Of a stretch of 34,229 nucleotides of DNA, positions 16,621 through 27,709 are shown piece after piece. A program made the translations under genes and the position numbers. The notes beneath the pieces were generated by a model. It was not told the origin of the DNA, did not search any database, and saw only the letters and a list, made by a program, of their open reading frames with translations. The DNA comes from Candidatus Kaiserbacteria bacterium (lineage in GTDB: Bacteria; Patescibacteriota; Minisyncoccia; Phycocordibacterales; UBA12088): NCBI GenBank assembly GCA_003561715.1, contig PWVU01000025.1:1-34229 (forward strand), given 5' to 3'. The stretch's first letter is position 1; each line of letters starts with the position of its first letter.

Positions 16621-17220
16621 ATGCAGTGCTTCATGCAAAACGATCATGTAGGCTTGCGTCTTCTCACCGAGGACGACGCGCCACAACTGGTTGCGTGGAT
16701 GAACGACCCGCAGGTGACCCAATTTCTCTTGCGCTGGCGTCCCATAACACTCGTACAAGAGCTGGAGTGGATTCGCGGACTGTATCAGCGAGACACCGAC
16801 CATGTCTTTGGTATTGTGACACCTGAAGACACCCTGATCGGTACCATGGGGCTACACGGCATTCGGTGGATCGACAGTACCGCAACAACCGGCGCATGCA
16901 TTGGCAATACGCGGTTCTGAGGCAAAAGTTTTGGCAGTCACGCCAAAATGCTTTTGCTTAACTGGGCATTCAATACGCTCAATCTGAGACAGATCGAGTC
17001 TCATGTTATCGGCACCAACCCACGAAGCAAGAACTACTCGCTGAAGTGCGGGTACCTGCATGTCGCAACCGTTCCGAACAAATTCATTCGCAATGGCGCA
17101 CCGTTCGATGAGTGGATCCTTAGCGTAACCCGCGAGAGCTGGGAGCCACGATGGAAGCACTACCAAGAGACCGGTGCGTTCTTGCCGATCGATTCCGGGA
17201 TACCTCGGTCCTCCGGGTAA
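16621..17220 (+). pseudogene. RimJ/RimL-type GNAT N-acetyltransferase interrupted by a single in-frame TGA (16918-16920)
   Basis: Track ORFs 16621..16920 and 16948..17220 are in the same frame. Read through, the sequence gives ...TTGACIGNTRF*GKSFGSHAKMLLLNWAFNTLNLRQIESHVIGTNPRS...GY. The stop sits where this family usually has W of the W-G-K-G-x-G acetyl-CoA loop. There is a strong SD (AAGGAG) upstream and a terminator downstream. Confidence 0.75.
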
Positions 17221-17232
17221 TCCCCAACGCCC

Positions 17233-17262
17233 GCGGGCGAGCCTTTTGGCTCGCCCGCTTTT
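17233..17262 (+). terminator. Rho-independent terminator after the GNAT gene
   Basis: gcgggcgagcc-tttt-ggctcgcccgc followed by tttt: an 11-bp perfect stem. It sits between the convergent GNAT and rpoD genes. Confidence 0.65.
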
Positions 17263-17295
17263 CCTACTCACTACCCACCACGCACTACAAACCAA

Positions 17296-18642
17296 CTAAT
17301 AATTCCTCAATTGTTTACTCTTCTCATGATGGCGGATCTTTTCGATCGCTTTTGCCTCGATCTGACGAATACGCTCGCGGGTCACCCCAAACTGCTTACC
17401 CACCTCTTCAAGGGTATGGTAGATGCCATCGGCAAGACCGTGTCGCATCTCCAAAATACGACGCTCCTTCGGTGAGAGATCGTTCAAAATACTCTTGATC
17501 TGATCGGTCAAAATACGCCGCGACGTCTCTTGGTCGGGTGAGATCACTTTGTCGTCAGCAATGAAATCGCCAAGCGTAGATTTTTCATCTTCATCTCCTA
17601 CCGGCGCCTCAAGAGACACCGTGTCTTGATTGATCTTCTCGATCGTATTGATCTTATCAACATCCACATTCATCTCAACCGCAATTTCCTCAGGCAGAGG
17701 ATCACGCCCGAGGTCTTGAGAGAGTCGTCGATACACCTGCTTGTACTTGGCGATCGTCTCAACCATGTGCACCGGGATGCGAATGGTGCGGCTTTGATCG
17801 GCAAGCGCACGCGTGATCGCTTGACGGATCCACCACGTTGCGTACGTGGAAAACTTAAAACCTTTGGTGAAATCGAACTTATCGACCGCCTTAAAGAGGC
17901 CGATATTTCCTTCCTGAATAAGATCGAGTAGTGAAAGATCCGCACTACGTCCGATATATTTTTTTGCGATCGAAACGACAAGGCGCAAGTTCGCGCGCGC
18001 GAGCAAATTGCGTGCCTCATCTTCCCCCTCCATCACACGCTTGGCAAGCGCGCGTTCTTCGGCGGCGTTCAAGAGTGGATACTGCCCTATCTCGCGTAGA
18101 TAGATCTGAATGGAGTCGTATGCACTGTCATGGCGTTTGTAGACGTTACGCTTGTCCAAAAGATCGTCAATCGAATCATCCGAAAGGATATTACCGCTTT
18201 CAAGCACATCGACACTTGCCGCATTGAACTTTTCATACAATTCCTCAAGAAATACGATATCTTCTTCAATGGTCGGGAACTCACGCAGGATCTCGTCGTA
18301 CGTGATATACCCACGCTCACGTCCTTTGGTAAGCAACTGTATTGTCTTCTTCTCGTTAGCATCAATCTTTGCAACCTGTTTCCTTGATGACCTCTTCTTT
18401 TGCTCAGGCGGCTTTTTGGGCACGCTTTTCTTCACTGCAGAACCGCTTGGTTTTGCGGTTTTCGCACGCTCTTTTACTTTTTGCTTAAGGGCTTTCGCGC
18501 TTTTTGGCGTGGAACGACTGGGTGCTTTCTTGCTTGCTGATTTCTTTTGTTGCGCCACCGTCCGCACCTTTTTTTTCGCTGCGGTGTGCACTGATTTCTT
18601 TGAAGCGTTTTTTTTATGTGTGGTAGTACGTGACGTAGGCAT
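17296..18642 (-). CDS. rpoD: Primary RNA polymerase sigma factor (sigma-70 group 1) with a Lys-rich N-terminal extension
   Basis: Regions 1.2-4 are recognisable: [74 protein letters not shown] is at 18642; the track start at 18684 is a GTG. Confidence 0.95.
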   Translation of the reverse strand: MPTSRTTTHKKNASKKSVHTAAKKKVRTVAQQKKSASKKAPSRSTPKSAKALKQKVKERAKTAKPSGSAVKKSVPKKPPEQKKRSSRKQVAKIDANEKKTIQLLTKGRERGYITYDEILREFPTIEEDIVFLEELYEKFNAASVDVLESGNILSDDSIDDLLDKRNVYKRHDSAYDSIQIYLREIGQYPLLNAAEERALAKRVMEGEDEARNLLARANLRLVVSIAKKYIGRSADLSLLDLIQEGNIGLFKAVDKFDFTKGFKFSTYATWWIRQAITRALADQSRTIRIPVHMVETIAKYKQVYRRLSQDLGRDPLPEEIAVEMNVDVDKINTIEKINQDTVSLEAPVGDEDEKSTLGDFIADDKVISPDQETSRRILTDQIKSILNDLSPKERRILEMRHGLADGIYHTLEEVGKQFGVTRERIRQIEAKAIEKIRHHEKSKQLRNY

Positions 18643-18712
18643 GGAATTCTCAAAAATAATATCAAATATAATACACTGTTTCACTGGCTCGGAGTGTGCG
18701 AAGTAAGCGCGC

Positions 18713-20446
18713 TTAGGTATCTTGAATACGCAACGCCAGCTCTTGCGCGCGAGTCAACAGTCGTTCTATCTCCCGCTGATCCCCCGACAATTCGGCATCA
18801 CGCAATCGCCCTGCAACCGCTTCAGCTTCATGCCGCAAAGCGATACGAGCAAACTCATCCAACAGGTCTTGCAGAACAGATATGCCCTCGGGATGCTCCG
18901 CAAGTACTCGTTCAATTTCAAACAATACTGTTTCTTTTTCCTCAATAAACCGTCCCTGTGCTTCTTGAAAGGTCGCATCCGCATCAAAGCAAGCTCGCAA
19001 GTGGGTGCGCGCCGTCTCACGCAGTGAGTGTGCGACAGGGTCATCGGTCTGTTCAGACCACCATACCACACCAAGCGCCATGCGCAAGAGTGTATCGTAC
19101 CGGGAAACCGTGCGAGTATCCTCGACGGACGTAACAACCGCGTCGGATCGGGAGCGATTCGATGATGCGCCTTCTGAACGAACCAATACCCTCACCTCAT
19201 CAGCAACCGCCTCTTCAGGCACACGCAGACGGTTTGCGACTACGGTCACAAACTGTGCTCGATCAATTGGTTGCTTGATGCGCGCCACAAATGGCAACAC
19301 CTCTCGACGAACAATCTTAGCGAAATCTCGATGATCTTTCGCAGAGCGCGCATACACCGAAAGTAAGAACTCAATAATGTGGGTCGCCGAACGAACCGCT
19401 TCTTTCCATCGTGCCGGATCCTGCTTGATGAGATCCGCCGGATCGGTCTTTTCGGGCAATGCCGCAACTTTCACTTCCATACCACGCGCAAGCGCCAGTG
19501 CCGCTCCGCGTCCCGCCGAACGCACACCTGCAGGGTCAGCGTCGAATGCCATCACGATATTGTTCGTCATACGGGCGATCAGCTCTACATGTGACTCTGA
19601 AAGTGCTGTGCCCGAGACCGCAACAGTGTTCGTATATCCCGCTTGATGCGACATGAGAATGTCCATTTGTCCTTCGACCAAGATCGCACAATCGTACTTG
19701 CGCATATTCTGCTTGGCACGATCGTATCCGTAGAGTACTCGCGATTTATCGAACAATGTGCCTTCGGGAGAATTGAGATACTTCGCCGCCTCTGTTCCTT
19801 CCAAGCTTTCAAACAAGCGACCGGAGAACGCAATCGGGCGACCGGCGCTATCAAAGATCGGAAATAGTATGCGACCGCGAAATCGTTCATACCAGCCATC
19901 TCGTTCGCCCCGTTTGGTAAGGCCCGCCGATTCTATTTCGTACTCGGTGTACCCTTCTTGTTTGAGCGCAAAGCTCACATGCTGCCAGGTGTTGGGCGCA
20001 TAGCCGAGACGCCACGACGCTATCGTCGCATCATGCAACCCGCGCTCACACAGGTACGCGTATGCATCGGGGCGACCGGTACGCTGTGCTTCAAACCACC
20101 TGGTTGCACTCTCGAGCAAGCCATACAATCGCTCGCGCCGGTCGCGTTGTCCTGCATCCTCCTCTACGAGCTCAACACCCGCACGCTCGGCAAGGATCTT
20201 GAGCGCACCGCGAAAGTCCAATCCCTCCATCTCTTGCACAAACGTAAACACATCACCGCCTTTCCCCGACGAAAAACAGTAGTACATACCACGGTCAGGC
20301 GAGACGTAGAATGAGGGTGTCTTTTCGGTATTGAAGGGCGAGAGTCCGCGATAGCTCTTTCCCGCACGGGTCAATTGCACATATTGAGAGACAACCTCGA
20401 CAATGGAGAGACGGTCTTTGATCTGTTCAACAGCAGTTGAAGACAT
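18713..20446 (-). CDS. dnaG: DNA primase
   Basis: N-terminal primase motif [14 protein letters not shown]...[15 protein letters not shown], and a TOPRIM region ([20 protein letters not shown]). Confidence 0.93.
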   Translation of the reverse strand: MSSTAVEQIKDRLSIVEVVSQYVQLTRAGKSYRGLSPFNTEKTPSFYVSPDRGMYYCFSSGKGGDVFTFVQEMEGLDFRGALKILAERAGVELVEEDAGQRDRRERLYGLLESATRWFEAQRTGRPDAYAYLCERGLHDATIASWRLGYAPNTWQHVSFALKQEGYTEYEIESAGLTKRGERDGWYERFRGRILFPIFDSAGRPIAFSGRLFESLEGTEAAKYLNSPEGTLFDKSRVLYGYDRAKQNMRKYDCAILVEGQMDILMSHQAGYTNTVAVSGTALSESHVELIARMTNNIVMAFDADPAGVRSAGRGAALALARGMEVKVAALPEKTDPADLIKQDPARWKEAVRSATHIIEFLLSVYARSAKDHRDFAKIVRREVLPFVARIKQPIDRAQFVTVVANRLRVPEEAVADEVRVLVRSEGASSNRSRSDAVVTSVEDTRTVSRYDTLLRMALGVVWWSEQTDDPVAHSLRETARTHLRACFDADATFQEAQGRFIEEKETVLFEIERVLAEHPEGISVLQDLLDEFARIALRHEAEAVAGRLRDAELSGDQREIERLLTRAQELALRIQDT

Positions 20447-20508
20447 AGGTGCATACGCTACCTTGCGGCACTGAGCGGCTATTCACTTCGTTGCCGGTTG
20501 CTAGCAGA

Positions 20509-23500
20509 CTACTGGGTACGTGCCGCTTCTTGCGGATTGTACTGCGGCACTTCCTCAGCTTCAGCTGCCGGCTCGATATACTGACCCTGCAACTCATCGA
20601 TCAGTGCGTGCTTGCGTGCACCTTCATACCCGGTACCGGCAGGTATGAGGCGTCCGATGATCACGTTTTCTTTGAGTCCCCGCAGCTCATCGCGCGCACC
20701 GCGTGTTGCCGCATTAATAAGCGACTTAGTCGTGTGTTGGAACGACGCCGAGGAAAGGAAACTTTGGCGCGAAAGTGACACTTCGGTAATACCCAAGAGA
20801 TGTCGCTCTGCGGTTGCGGGAATGCCGCCTGCCGCTTCGGCGGCGTCATTGACTGCGTCAAAGTACCACGCTTCCACCACATCCCCGATATTGAGATGTG
20901 TATCACCGGTCTCTTTCACCTTGCGACGCGAGAACATTTGACGGATGATCACTTCAATGTGCTTACGCGCGATCGACACACCCTGCAACTCGTAGATCTT
21001 TCCGGTCTCTTGAATGATGTACTCTTGCGCTTTTTCACGTCCCGCGTACTTGAAGAGTTCTGAAGGATCAGCGGAACCATCGGTCAAGAGATCTCCTTTT
21101 TCCACTTTCTGACCAACCTGCACCATTATCTTGCGCGGTGGTGTGATCGTATACTCGGTGTCCTTTTTCTTTGATCCTTTGGACGTCGTCTCAGGTGCGA
21201 TGATGATGGTCTTCTCGCGCCCTTCATCTTTGATCTCAGTGATCGTTCCTGAAATATGCGCAATTGATGCAGCGCCTTTAGGCGACCTGCGCTCAAACAC
21301 CTCTTCTACTCGCGGAAGACCTTGCGCAATATCACCTTCGACGGTTGCCGCACCCGCTTTATGCTTGGTATGCATAGTGAGCTGAGTACCCGGCTCACCG
21401 ATTGCTTGCGCCGCAATCGTACCAACCGCCTCACCTACATCAATAGGCTCCCAGGTGGTGATATCGGCACCGTAACACTTCTGGCAAATACCGTTACGTG
21501 TTTTGCAGGACATCGGGGTACGCACCATCACTTCGGGAATACCGGACGCATCGATCAGACGAGCGTCTTCGACCGTAATAAAGTGATTGCGTTTGAAGGT
21601 AGTGCCGTCAGGCAAGGTGATGTCTTTTGCAAGATGACGTCCCTTGATATTGCGCTCAAGATCGATCTCAATACCAAGCGGACTCAAGCGCCCGATCATA
21701 ACACCCTCCTTTGTACCACAGTCATCTTCGGTCACGATCACATCTTGCGCCACATCGAAGAGTTTACGTGTGAGGTAGCCCGCCTTGGCGGTCTGGAGTG
21801 CGGTATCGGCAAGACCTTTACGCGAACCATGCGTTGTCACGAAATACTCGATCGGGGTCAACCCTTCCTTGTAGGAAGCCGTGATCGGAAATTCAATGGT
21901 CTCACCCTGGGTACTCTGAATAAGTCCTTTCATGCCCGCCATCTGTGCAAGCTGCCCGATCGAACCGCGCGCACCCGAAGTCACCAGATCATAGACTGAA
22001 CTTTTTACATCGATAGTTTCAGGGATGATCTTTTCAATCTCACTTTTAGCATGGTGCCACACCTCGATGATCATACGCTTCTTCTCATCCCGAGAGAGCA
22101 ATCCCTCATTGTACTGCGCGGTGATCTCAAGCTGACGCGCAAGTGCCGCGTCAAGAATGTCTTGCTTTTGGGACGGTACTTCAAGATCATGATACCCCCA
22201 TGTTACCCCGGAAATAGTCGCGTATTCGAAGCCAAAGTTCTTGATCTTATCCAAGACCTTGGGCATCGTCTCCAGTCCGTAGCGCGCAATAAGGTCATCA
22301 ATAATACCTGAAAGCGCCGATTTCTTCATTTCACGATTCTGGTACGGATAGTCTTTCGGCAGAATACTATTGAAGAGGAGCCGTCCGACCGAAGTCTCAA
22401 AGAGTGCGCCGTTGAACTCCGCGTATTTGGGCGAATCACTCGGTAATACCCTGATCTTGGCGCGGAATGAAACCAAACCGTAGTCGTATGCATTGATCGC
22501 GTCATTCGGACTCGCAAAATACTTCCCTTCGCCCAGCTCTCCATCGAGGATTTTGGTCATCCAGAACGACCCGAGCGCAATATCGTGATTGGTCGCAACC
22601 ACCGGCGTGCCCGAGCCCGGCTTCAAAATATTTTTATGCGAGGACATGATCTCGCGTGCCTCAAGTTGCGCCTCTTTGGAAAGCGGTACGTGCACCGCCA
22701 TTTGATCACCGTCAAAGTCTGCGTTGAATGCCGGGCACACCAAGGGATGCACACGGATCGCATCACCCTCAATCAAGACCGGACGGAACGCCTGGATGCC
22801 TTGCCGATGCAAGGTTGGTGCGCGGTTGAGCAGTACATATTTATCGGCAATGATCTCCTCAAGGATCGCCCACACCTCGGGAATACCATCCTCAATGAGT
22901 CGACCGGCACCGCGAATATTATAGGCAAGTTCGCGCTCAAGCAATTTTGAAATGACAAACGGACGGAACAACTCAAGCGCCATATGCTTCGGCAGACCAC
23001 ACTGATCGAGTTTCAATTCGGGACCGACCACAATCACCGATCGCCCCGAGTAATCGACCCGCTTCCCCAGCAGATTCTGGCGAAAGTACCCTTGCTTCCC
23101 TTTCATGTAATCGGCAAGTGATTTGAGCGGGCGACGTTGCGCTTGGCTCATTGCGGAAAATGCGGTGTTGCCGTGACGAATGGAGTTGTCAACCAGTGCA
23201 TCAACCGCTTCTTGCAAAATACGTTTTTCATTTCGCAGAATCACTTCCGGCGCTTTTATGTCGATAAGCTTACGCAAACGATTGTTTCGGTTGATGACAC
23301 GACGATAGAGATCGTTCACATCCGAGCTTGCATGCCTGCCACCCTCAAGCGCAACCATGGGTCGTAACGCCGGCGGAGTGACCGGAAGCACGGTCAAAAA
23401 CATCCACTCAGGGCGAATACCCGCGTAGATGAACGAATTGACGAGTGCAATGCGTTTGTTGAGTTTCGCACGCTCAAGTGCTCCGGCTTTATCACGCGCT

Positions 23501-24222
23501 TCTACAAGTTCACCACGCAACTGCTCCAGATCAAGCGTCTTGAATATCTCATAGATCGCCTCGGCACCGATCTTTGCCTCAAAGAGTGTGCCATAGCGCA
23601 TTGAGAAGCGATGATACGCCTGTTCATCGAGGATCTGCCCCGGCTTCAGTCGCTCCACCTCTTGCTTGGCATTGGTGAAGAGTTCCTTGAGCTTTTCGCG
23701 TTCGGTATCGTTTGCGGATGCTTTAGACTTTGATTTGAACTCGGTATCAATCTCTCGCAACAAACGTGCGCGCTCATTTTCGTGCACGGCGGTCACGATA
23801 TATCCGGCAAAGTACACCACTTTTTCAACCTCGCCGGCGGGTAATCCCAACATGGTCGCAATACGTGAAGGAATGGCACGCAAGAACCAAATGTGTGCAA
23901 CAGGACTCGAAAGCTCGATATGCCCCATACGTTCGCGACGCACGATGGAACGAGTCACCTCAACACCGCACCGATCGCATACGATTCCTTTATAGCGAAT
24001 GCCTTTGTACTTCCCACAGAAGCACTCGTAGTCACGCGTAGGACCAAAGATCTTCTCATCAAAGAGACCGTTCTTTTCACTGCGTTGCGTGCGGTAGTTT
24101 ATCGTCTCAGGCTTCGTCACCTCGCCGTACGACCAATCGCGAATATCATCCGGACTTGCGACTTTGATCGAGACCGCACTGAAGTCATTGGTGTCTTGTA
24201 CTTCTCGTTTTTGTAGTTGCAT
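20509..24222 (-). CDS. rpoC: DNA-directed RNA polymerase subunit beta'
   Basis: Zn-binding [23 protein letters not shown], catalytic [12 protein letters not shown], and bridge-helix/trigger-loop regions. Confidence 0.98.
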   Translation of the reverse strand: MQLQKREVQDTNDFSAVSIKVASPDDIRDWSYGEVTKPETINYRTQRSEKNGLFDEKIFGPTRDYECFCGKYKGIRYKGIVCDRCGVEVTRSIVRRERMGHIELSSPVAHIWFLRAIPSRIATMLGLPAGEVEKVVYFAGYIVTAVHENERARLLREIDTEFKSKSKASANDTEREKLKELFTNAKQEVERLKPGQILDEQAYHRFSMRYGTLFEAKIGAEAIYEIFKTLDLEQLRGELVEARDKAGALERAKLNKRIALVNSFIYAGIRPEWMFLTVLPVTPPALRPMVALEGGRHASSDVNDLYRRVINRNNRLRKLIDIKAPEVILRNEKRILQEAVDALVDNSIRHGNTAFSAMSQAQRRPLKSLADYMKGKQGYFRQNLLGKRVDYSGRSVIVVGPELKLDQCGLPKHMALELFRPFVISKLLERELAYNIRGAGRLIEDGIPEVWAILEEIIADKYVLLNRAPTLHRQGIQAFRPVLIEGDAIRVHPLVCPAFNADFDGDQMAVHVPLSKEAQLEAREIMSSHKNILKPGSGTPVVATNHDIALGSFWMTKILDGELGEGKYFASPNDAINAYDYGLVSFRAKIRVLPSDSPKYAEFNGALFETSVGRLLFNSILPKDYPYQNREMKKSALSGIIDDLIARYGLETMPKVLDKIKNFGFEYATISGVTWGYHDLEVPSQKQDILDAALARQLEITAQYNEGLLSRDEKKRMIIEVWHHAKSEIEKIIPETIDVKSSVYDLVTSGARGSIGQLAQMAGMKGLIQSTQGETIEFPITASYKEGLTPIEYFVTTHGSRKGLADTALQTAKAGYLTRKLFDVAQDVIVTEDDCGTKEGVMIGRLSPLGIEIDLERNIKGRHLAKDITLPDGTTFKRNHFITVEDARLIDASGIPEVMVRTPMSCKTRNGICQKCYGADITTWEPIDVGEAVGTIAAQAIGEPGTQLTMHTKHKAGAATVEGDIAQGLPRVEEVFERRSPKGAASIAHISGTITEIKDEGREKTIIIAPETTSKGSKKKDTEYTITPPRKIMVQVGQKVEKGDLLTDGSADPSELFKYAGREKAQEYIIQETGKIYELQGVSIARKHIEVIIRQMFSRRKVKETGDTHLNIGDVVEAWYFDAVNDAAEAAGGIPATAERHLLGITEVSLSRQSFLSSASFQHTTKSLINAATRGARDELRGLKENVIIGRLIPAGTGYEGARKHALIDELQGQYIEPAAEAEEVPQYNPQEAARTQ

Positions 24223-24243
24223 AGGAATTGATGCCGTTAGTGA

Positions 24244-27200
24244 CTAGGCGTTATCTCGCTCAAGCTCAATATTGAGCGCAAGGCCGCGCAAATGTCTGAC
24301 CAAGACATTGAACGCCGCGGGGGTGTGTAAATGACTGATGCGTCCTCCTTTTACAATTGCGTCAAAGGCACTTGAACGTCCGACGATATCATCCGATTTA
24401 ATGGTAAGCATTTCACGCAAGGTGTATGCCGCACCGTAACCTAACAATGCCCAGACTTCCATCTCACCGAATCGCTGTCCGCCATTCTGCGCCTTACCGC
24501 CCAACGGTTGTTGGGTAATGAGTGAGTACGGGCCGATCGAGCGCATATGGATCTTGTCTTCAACCATGTGATGCAGTTTGAAGATATACATGTAACCGAC
24601 CGAAATAGGTTGGTCGAACTTATCACCGGTGCGCCCATCAAACAGCTCCATCTTGCCGTCTTCTTGGAAGCCCGCCGCAACCAGCTCATCGCGAATCTCA
24701 AATTCGTCTGCGCCGGAGAACGGTGGACAAATTGCTTGATACCCAAGTGCATGCGCCGCAAGACCCAAGTGCATCTCAAGGATCTGCCCAAGGTTCATAC
24801 GCGAAGGCACACCCAGCGGGGTAAGAATAATATCAACCGGCTCGCCGTCTTTGTTATACGGCATATCTTCCTCGGCAAGAATACGTGAGATAACACCCTT
24901 GTTACCATGCCGTCCCGCAAGCTTGTCGCCCACGGCAACATTGCGCAATTGCGCGACCGTGATGAGAATTTTTTTGATGACCCCGCTCTCCAACTGATCG
25001 CCATTCTCGCGCGAGAAGATCTTAACCCCGATCACGCGCCCCATTTTGCCACCCTCAAGGCGCAAGCTCGTGTCTTTCACATCTTTCGCTTTTTCACCGA
25101 AGATCGAGCGGAGTAATCGCTCTTCCGGGGTGAGCTGGGTCTCGCCTTTAGGCGTCACTTTACCTACCAAAATATCGCCCGGATGCACTTCGGCACCGAC
25201 GCGTACGACACCTTCGACATCAAGGTCTTTCAGCTTCGCCTCGCCAACATTCGGAATATCATGCGTGGTAACCTCGGGACCAAGCTTGGTATCGCGCACG
25301 ACACACTCGAACTCTTCCATGTGAATAGTTGAGAATTTGCTGTCGCGCACCAATCGCTCCGAGATAATGATCGCGTCTTCGTAATTGGCGCCCGACCACG
25401 ACATGAACGCCACGCGCACATTCTGCCCAAGTGCCAGCTGTCCCTCCACGGTTGAGGAGGTGTCCGCAAGCAAATCGCCTTTTTTCACTTTCTGACCAAC
25501 AGACACCGAAGGGCGATGATAAAAACATGATTTATCATTGGTGCGAGTGAACGGGATCAAACGATATGTTTCCGCTTTGCCTTTGCTATTCTTCACGGTG
25601 ACATGCCGTGCATCGACCGCCTCAACCACACCATCTTCTTTTGCAAGAATCAGCCGCCCAACATCATGCGCCGCTTTCGCTTCAATACCGGTTGCAACCA
25701 ACGGCACTTCCGGAACCACGCACGGCGTCGCTTGCTTTTGCATGTTCGATCCCATGAGCGCGCGATTAGCATCATCATGCTCAACAAAAGGAATCATCGA
25801 CGTGGCGATTGAGAAGGATTGTATGGGCGCCACATCAATGTAATCAACCTGGTCGACCGGCACGAGAGCGGGCTCTCCGCGATGACGCACCTCCACCTGT
25901 TCAACCGCGATTCGCTCCTTCTCATCGAGCGGCACCATCGCGTGGGCAATGCGATATTTCTCTTCTTCAAGCGCATTGAGGTACTCGATCTTGTCGGTCA
26001 CCACGCCCCCCTCCACTTTTGCATACGGGGTTTTGATGATGCCGTACTCATCGATCTCACCAAAATTCGCCAGGTGCAAGATAAGACCGATGTTTGGACC
26101 TTCGGGCGTATGAATGGGACATACGCGTCCGTAATGGCTCGGATGCACATCACGCACCTCAAAACCGGCACGCTCACGCGTAAGACCTCCGGGACCAAGT
26201 GCCGAGAGAATGCGCAAATGCTCAAGCTCAGTAAGCATGTTGTGTTGCTGCATGAACTGCGAGAGCTGGTTGGTCGTAAAGAATTCTTTGATCGACGCCT
26301 GCAAGGGACGTGGATTGATGAATTGAATGGGATTCGTAAGCTCCGGCTCGATAGTCGACATACGATCCTGGATGTTGCGCTTCATGCGCGACATACCGAC
26401 ACGCACTTTTTGCTGCATCATCTCCCCAAAGTATCGTACGCGACGAAAGCCCAGATGATCTATATCGTCAGGCTGGGACCCGGGAGTATCATTCTGTTCA
26501 ATAATGTACGTCAGAATGGTAACGAAATCATCCAGCGAGAGTGTGCGCTGTTCCAGTTGCGCTTCGTCAGTCGGGCGACCAAACCGGTGATTGAAACGAT
26601 GTCGCCCAACACGTGAGAGGTCATAGCGTTCACTCCCAAAAATTGATGTTACGAACTCTTGTGCGGTATCGGCAGTCGCCAAATCCCCATCGCGCAATCG
26701 ACGATAGATCTCGATATGCGCATCTTCAAGGGTTTTGGCAGGATCTTTTTCGAGCGTTTTTGCAATGACTTCCTTGCCATTGGGCACCCGCGCAAGCAGA
26801 TCAAGCATGTCTTTATCGAATGTTGCCCCCATCACCCGCATTACACTCGTAATGGGAATCTTTCGCTTGCGGTCGATCTTAATGTATATTGCGCCATCCG
26901 GCTCCGATTCGATCTCGATCCATGCGCCGCGTGCAGGGATGATCTTCGCACCAAAGTAACGACGTCCCTTAATATCGTTGGCGGTGAAAAAGATACCCGA
27001 AGAACGCGCCAACTGCGGCACCACTACACGCTCAACACCGTTGATCACGAACGTACCGTGCTCGGTCATGATCGGTACATCCGCCAAAAAAATCTCTTGT
27101 TCCTTCTCACTGCCCAGTGTTTTGTTCACCAGCTTTACGGACGCACGCAGGGGTGCTTCATAAGAAAGCTTATTTTCTTTTGCGTAATGCTCATCATACT

Positions 27201-27414
27201 GCGGTTCGCCGAGCTCATAGCGAGTGATGTGCAGTTCAAACTTTTTATCACCATAATCGGTGATTGGTGATATTTCTTGCAGTACCTCTTTTATACCCTC
27301 ACTAATGAGCCACTCAAAGGACTTTTGTTGGGGTTCGACCAAGTTTGGCATGGGTACGCGGGGCGCACGATACCGCTTGAAGTGCTTCTGAGGTAACGAT
27401 TGGTATGTCGACAT
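24244..27414 (-). CDS. rpoB: DNA-directed RNA polymerase subunit beta
   Basis: Rif-region-like FFTTNQLSQFMQQHNMLTELEHLRILSALGPGGL. Also GRHGNKGVISRI and MEVWALLGYGAAYTLREMLTIKSDD. Confidence 0.98.
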   Translation of the reverse strand: MSTYQSLPQKHFKRYRAPRVPMPNLVEPQQKSFEWLISEGIKEVLQEISPITDYGDKKFELHITRYELGEPQYDEHYAKENKLSYEAPLRASVKLVNKTLGSEKEQEIFLADVPIMTEHGTFVINGVERVVVPQLARSSGIFFTANDIKGRRYFGAKIIPARGAWIEIESEPDGAIYIKIDRKRKIPITSVMRVMGATFDKDMLDLLARVPNGKEVIAKTLEKDPAKTLEDAHIEIYRRLRDGDLATADTAQEFVTSIFGSERYDLSRVGRHRFNHRFGRPTDEAQLEQRTLSLDDFVTILTYIIEQNDTPGSQPDDIDHLGFRRVRYFGEMMQQKVRVGMSRMKRNIQDRMSTIEPELTNPIQFINPRPLQASIKEFFTTNQLSQFMQQHNMLTELEHLRILSALGPGGLTRERAGFEVRDVHPSHYGRVCPIHTPEGPNIGLILHLANFGEIDEYGIIKTPYAKVEGGVVTDKIEYLNALEEEKYRIAHAMVPLDEKERIAVEQVEVRHRGEPALVPVDQVDYIDVAPIQSFSIATSMIPFVEHDDANRALMGSNMQKQATPCVVPEVPLVATGIEAKAAHDVGRLILAKEDGVVEAVDARHVTVKNSKGKAETYRLIPFTRTNDKSCFYHRPSVSVGQKVKKGDLLADTSSTVEGQLALGQNVRVAFMSWSGANYEDAIIISERLVRDSKFSTIHMEEFECVVRDTKLGPEVTTHDIPNVGEAKLKDLDVEGVVRVGAEVHPGDILVGKVTPKGETQLTPEERLLRSIFGEKAKDVKDTSLRLEGGKMGRVIGVKIFSRENGDQLESGVIKKILITVAQLRNVAVGDKLAGRHGNKGVISRILAEEDMPYNKDGEPVDIILTPLGVPSRMNLGQILEMHLGLAAHALGYQAICPPFSGADEFEIRDELVAAGFQEDGKMELFDGRTGDKFDQPISVGYMYIFKLHHMVEDKIHMRSIGPYSLITQQPLGGKAQNGGQRFGEMEVWALLGYGAAYTLREMLTIKSDDIVGRSSAFDAIVKGGRISHLHTPAAFNVLVRHLRGLALNIELERDNA

Positions 27415-27680
27415 GGCTATATGTGGCTTACCTCACCGCCCGCTGATACGGGGGAAGAATTGGTATATCGAACGAGTGTGCGCTTATACGCAGACAAAAA
27501 ACCTTCACACGGGTCTCTCGTAACGCACGTGCGCCTCCTCTAGATTGTACCAGCTTATAAAAATGACATGCATGAACCCTTCTGCTTTGTACAAGCCGTC
27601 ATTGCTGTATAGAAACCCTTGCGAACATTCGCTGAGAATGCCCGCCTCGCTCAACACAATCGCTTTCAAGGTTGAGCACT

Positions 27681-27709
27681 ATACTACTGTCAAGTGAGTC
27701 AAATGTCAA
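27681..27709 (-). promoter_or_regulatory. Candidate sigma-70 promoter for rpoBC
   Basis: Minus strand reads TTGACA (27709-27704), a 17-nt spacer, then TAGTAT (27686-27681). It lies about 260 nt upstream of the rpoB ATG, inside a cluster of four TTGAC repeats (27689-27719). Motif match only. Confidence 0.3.

Noticed and set aside
16918-16920. Possibility that TGA is reassigned genome-wide (code 4 Trp or code 25 Gly, as in some candidate phyla).
   Set aside because: TGA cleanly terminates the AKR, dsbA-like, helicase, FN3, trmD and NADAR genes at sensible lengths. rpoB, rpoC, dnaG, hisS and the other long genes contain no in-frame TGA.
20509-27414. Long antisense or alternative-frame ORFs inside rpoB/rpoC (for example 25819..26616 at 265 aa, 21322..21999 at 225 aa, 26659..27270 at 203 aa). 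The same applies inside the helicase, FN3, antiporter and primase genes (for example 11135..11989, 7631..8374, 14987..15532).
   Set aside because: These are shadow ORFs on the opposite strand or in another frame of strongly supported genes. Their products are Arg/Ser/Cys/His-rich and low in complexity, and carry no family motifs.
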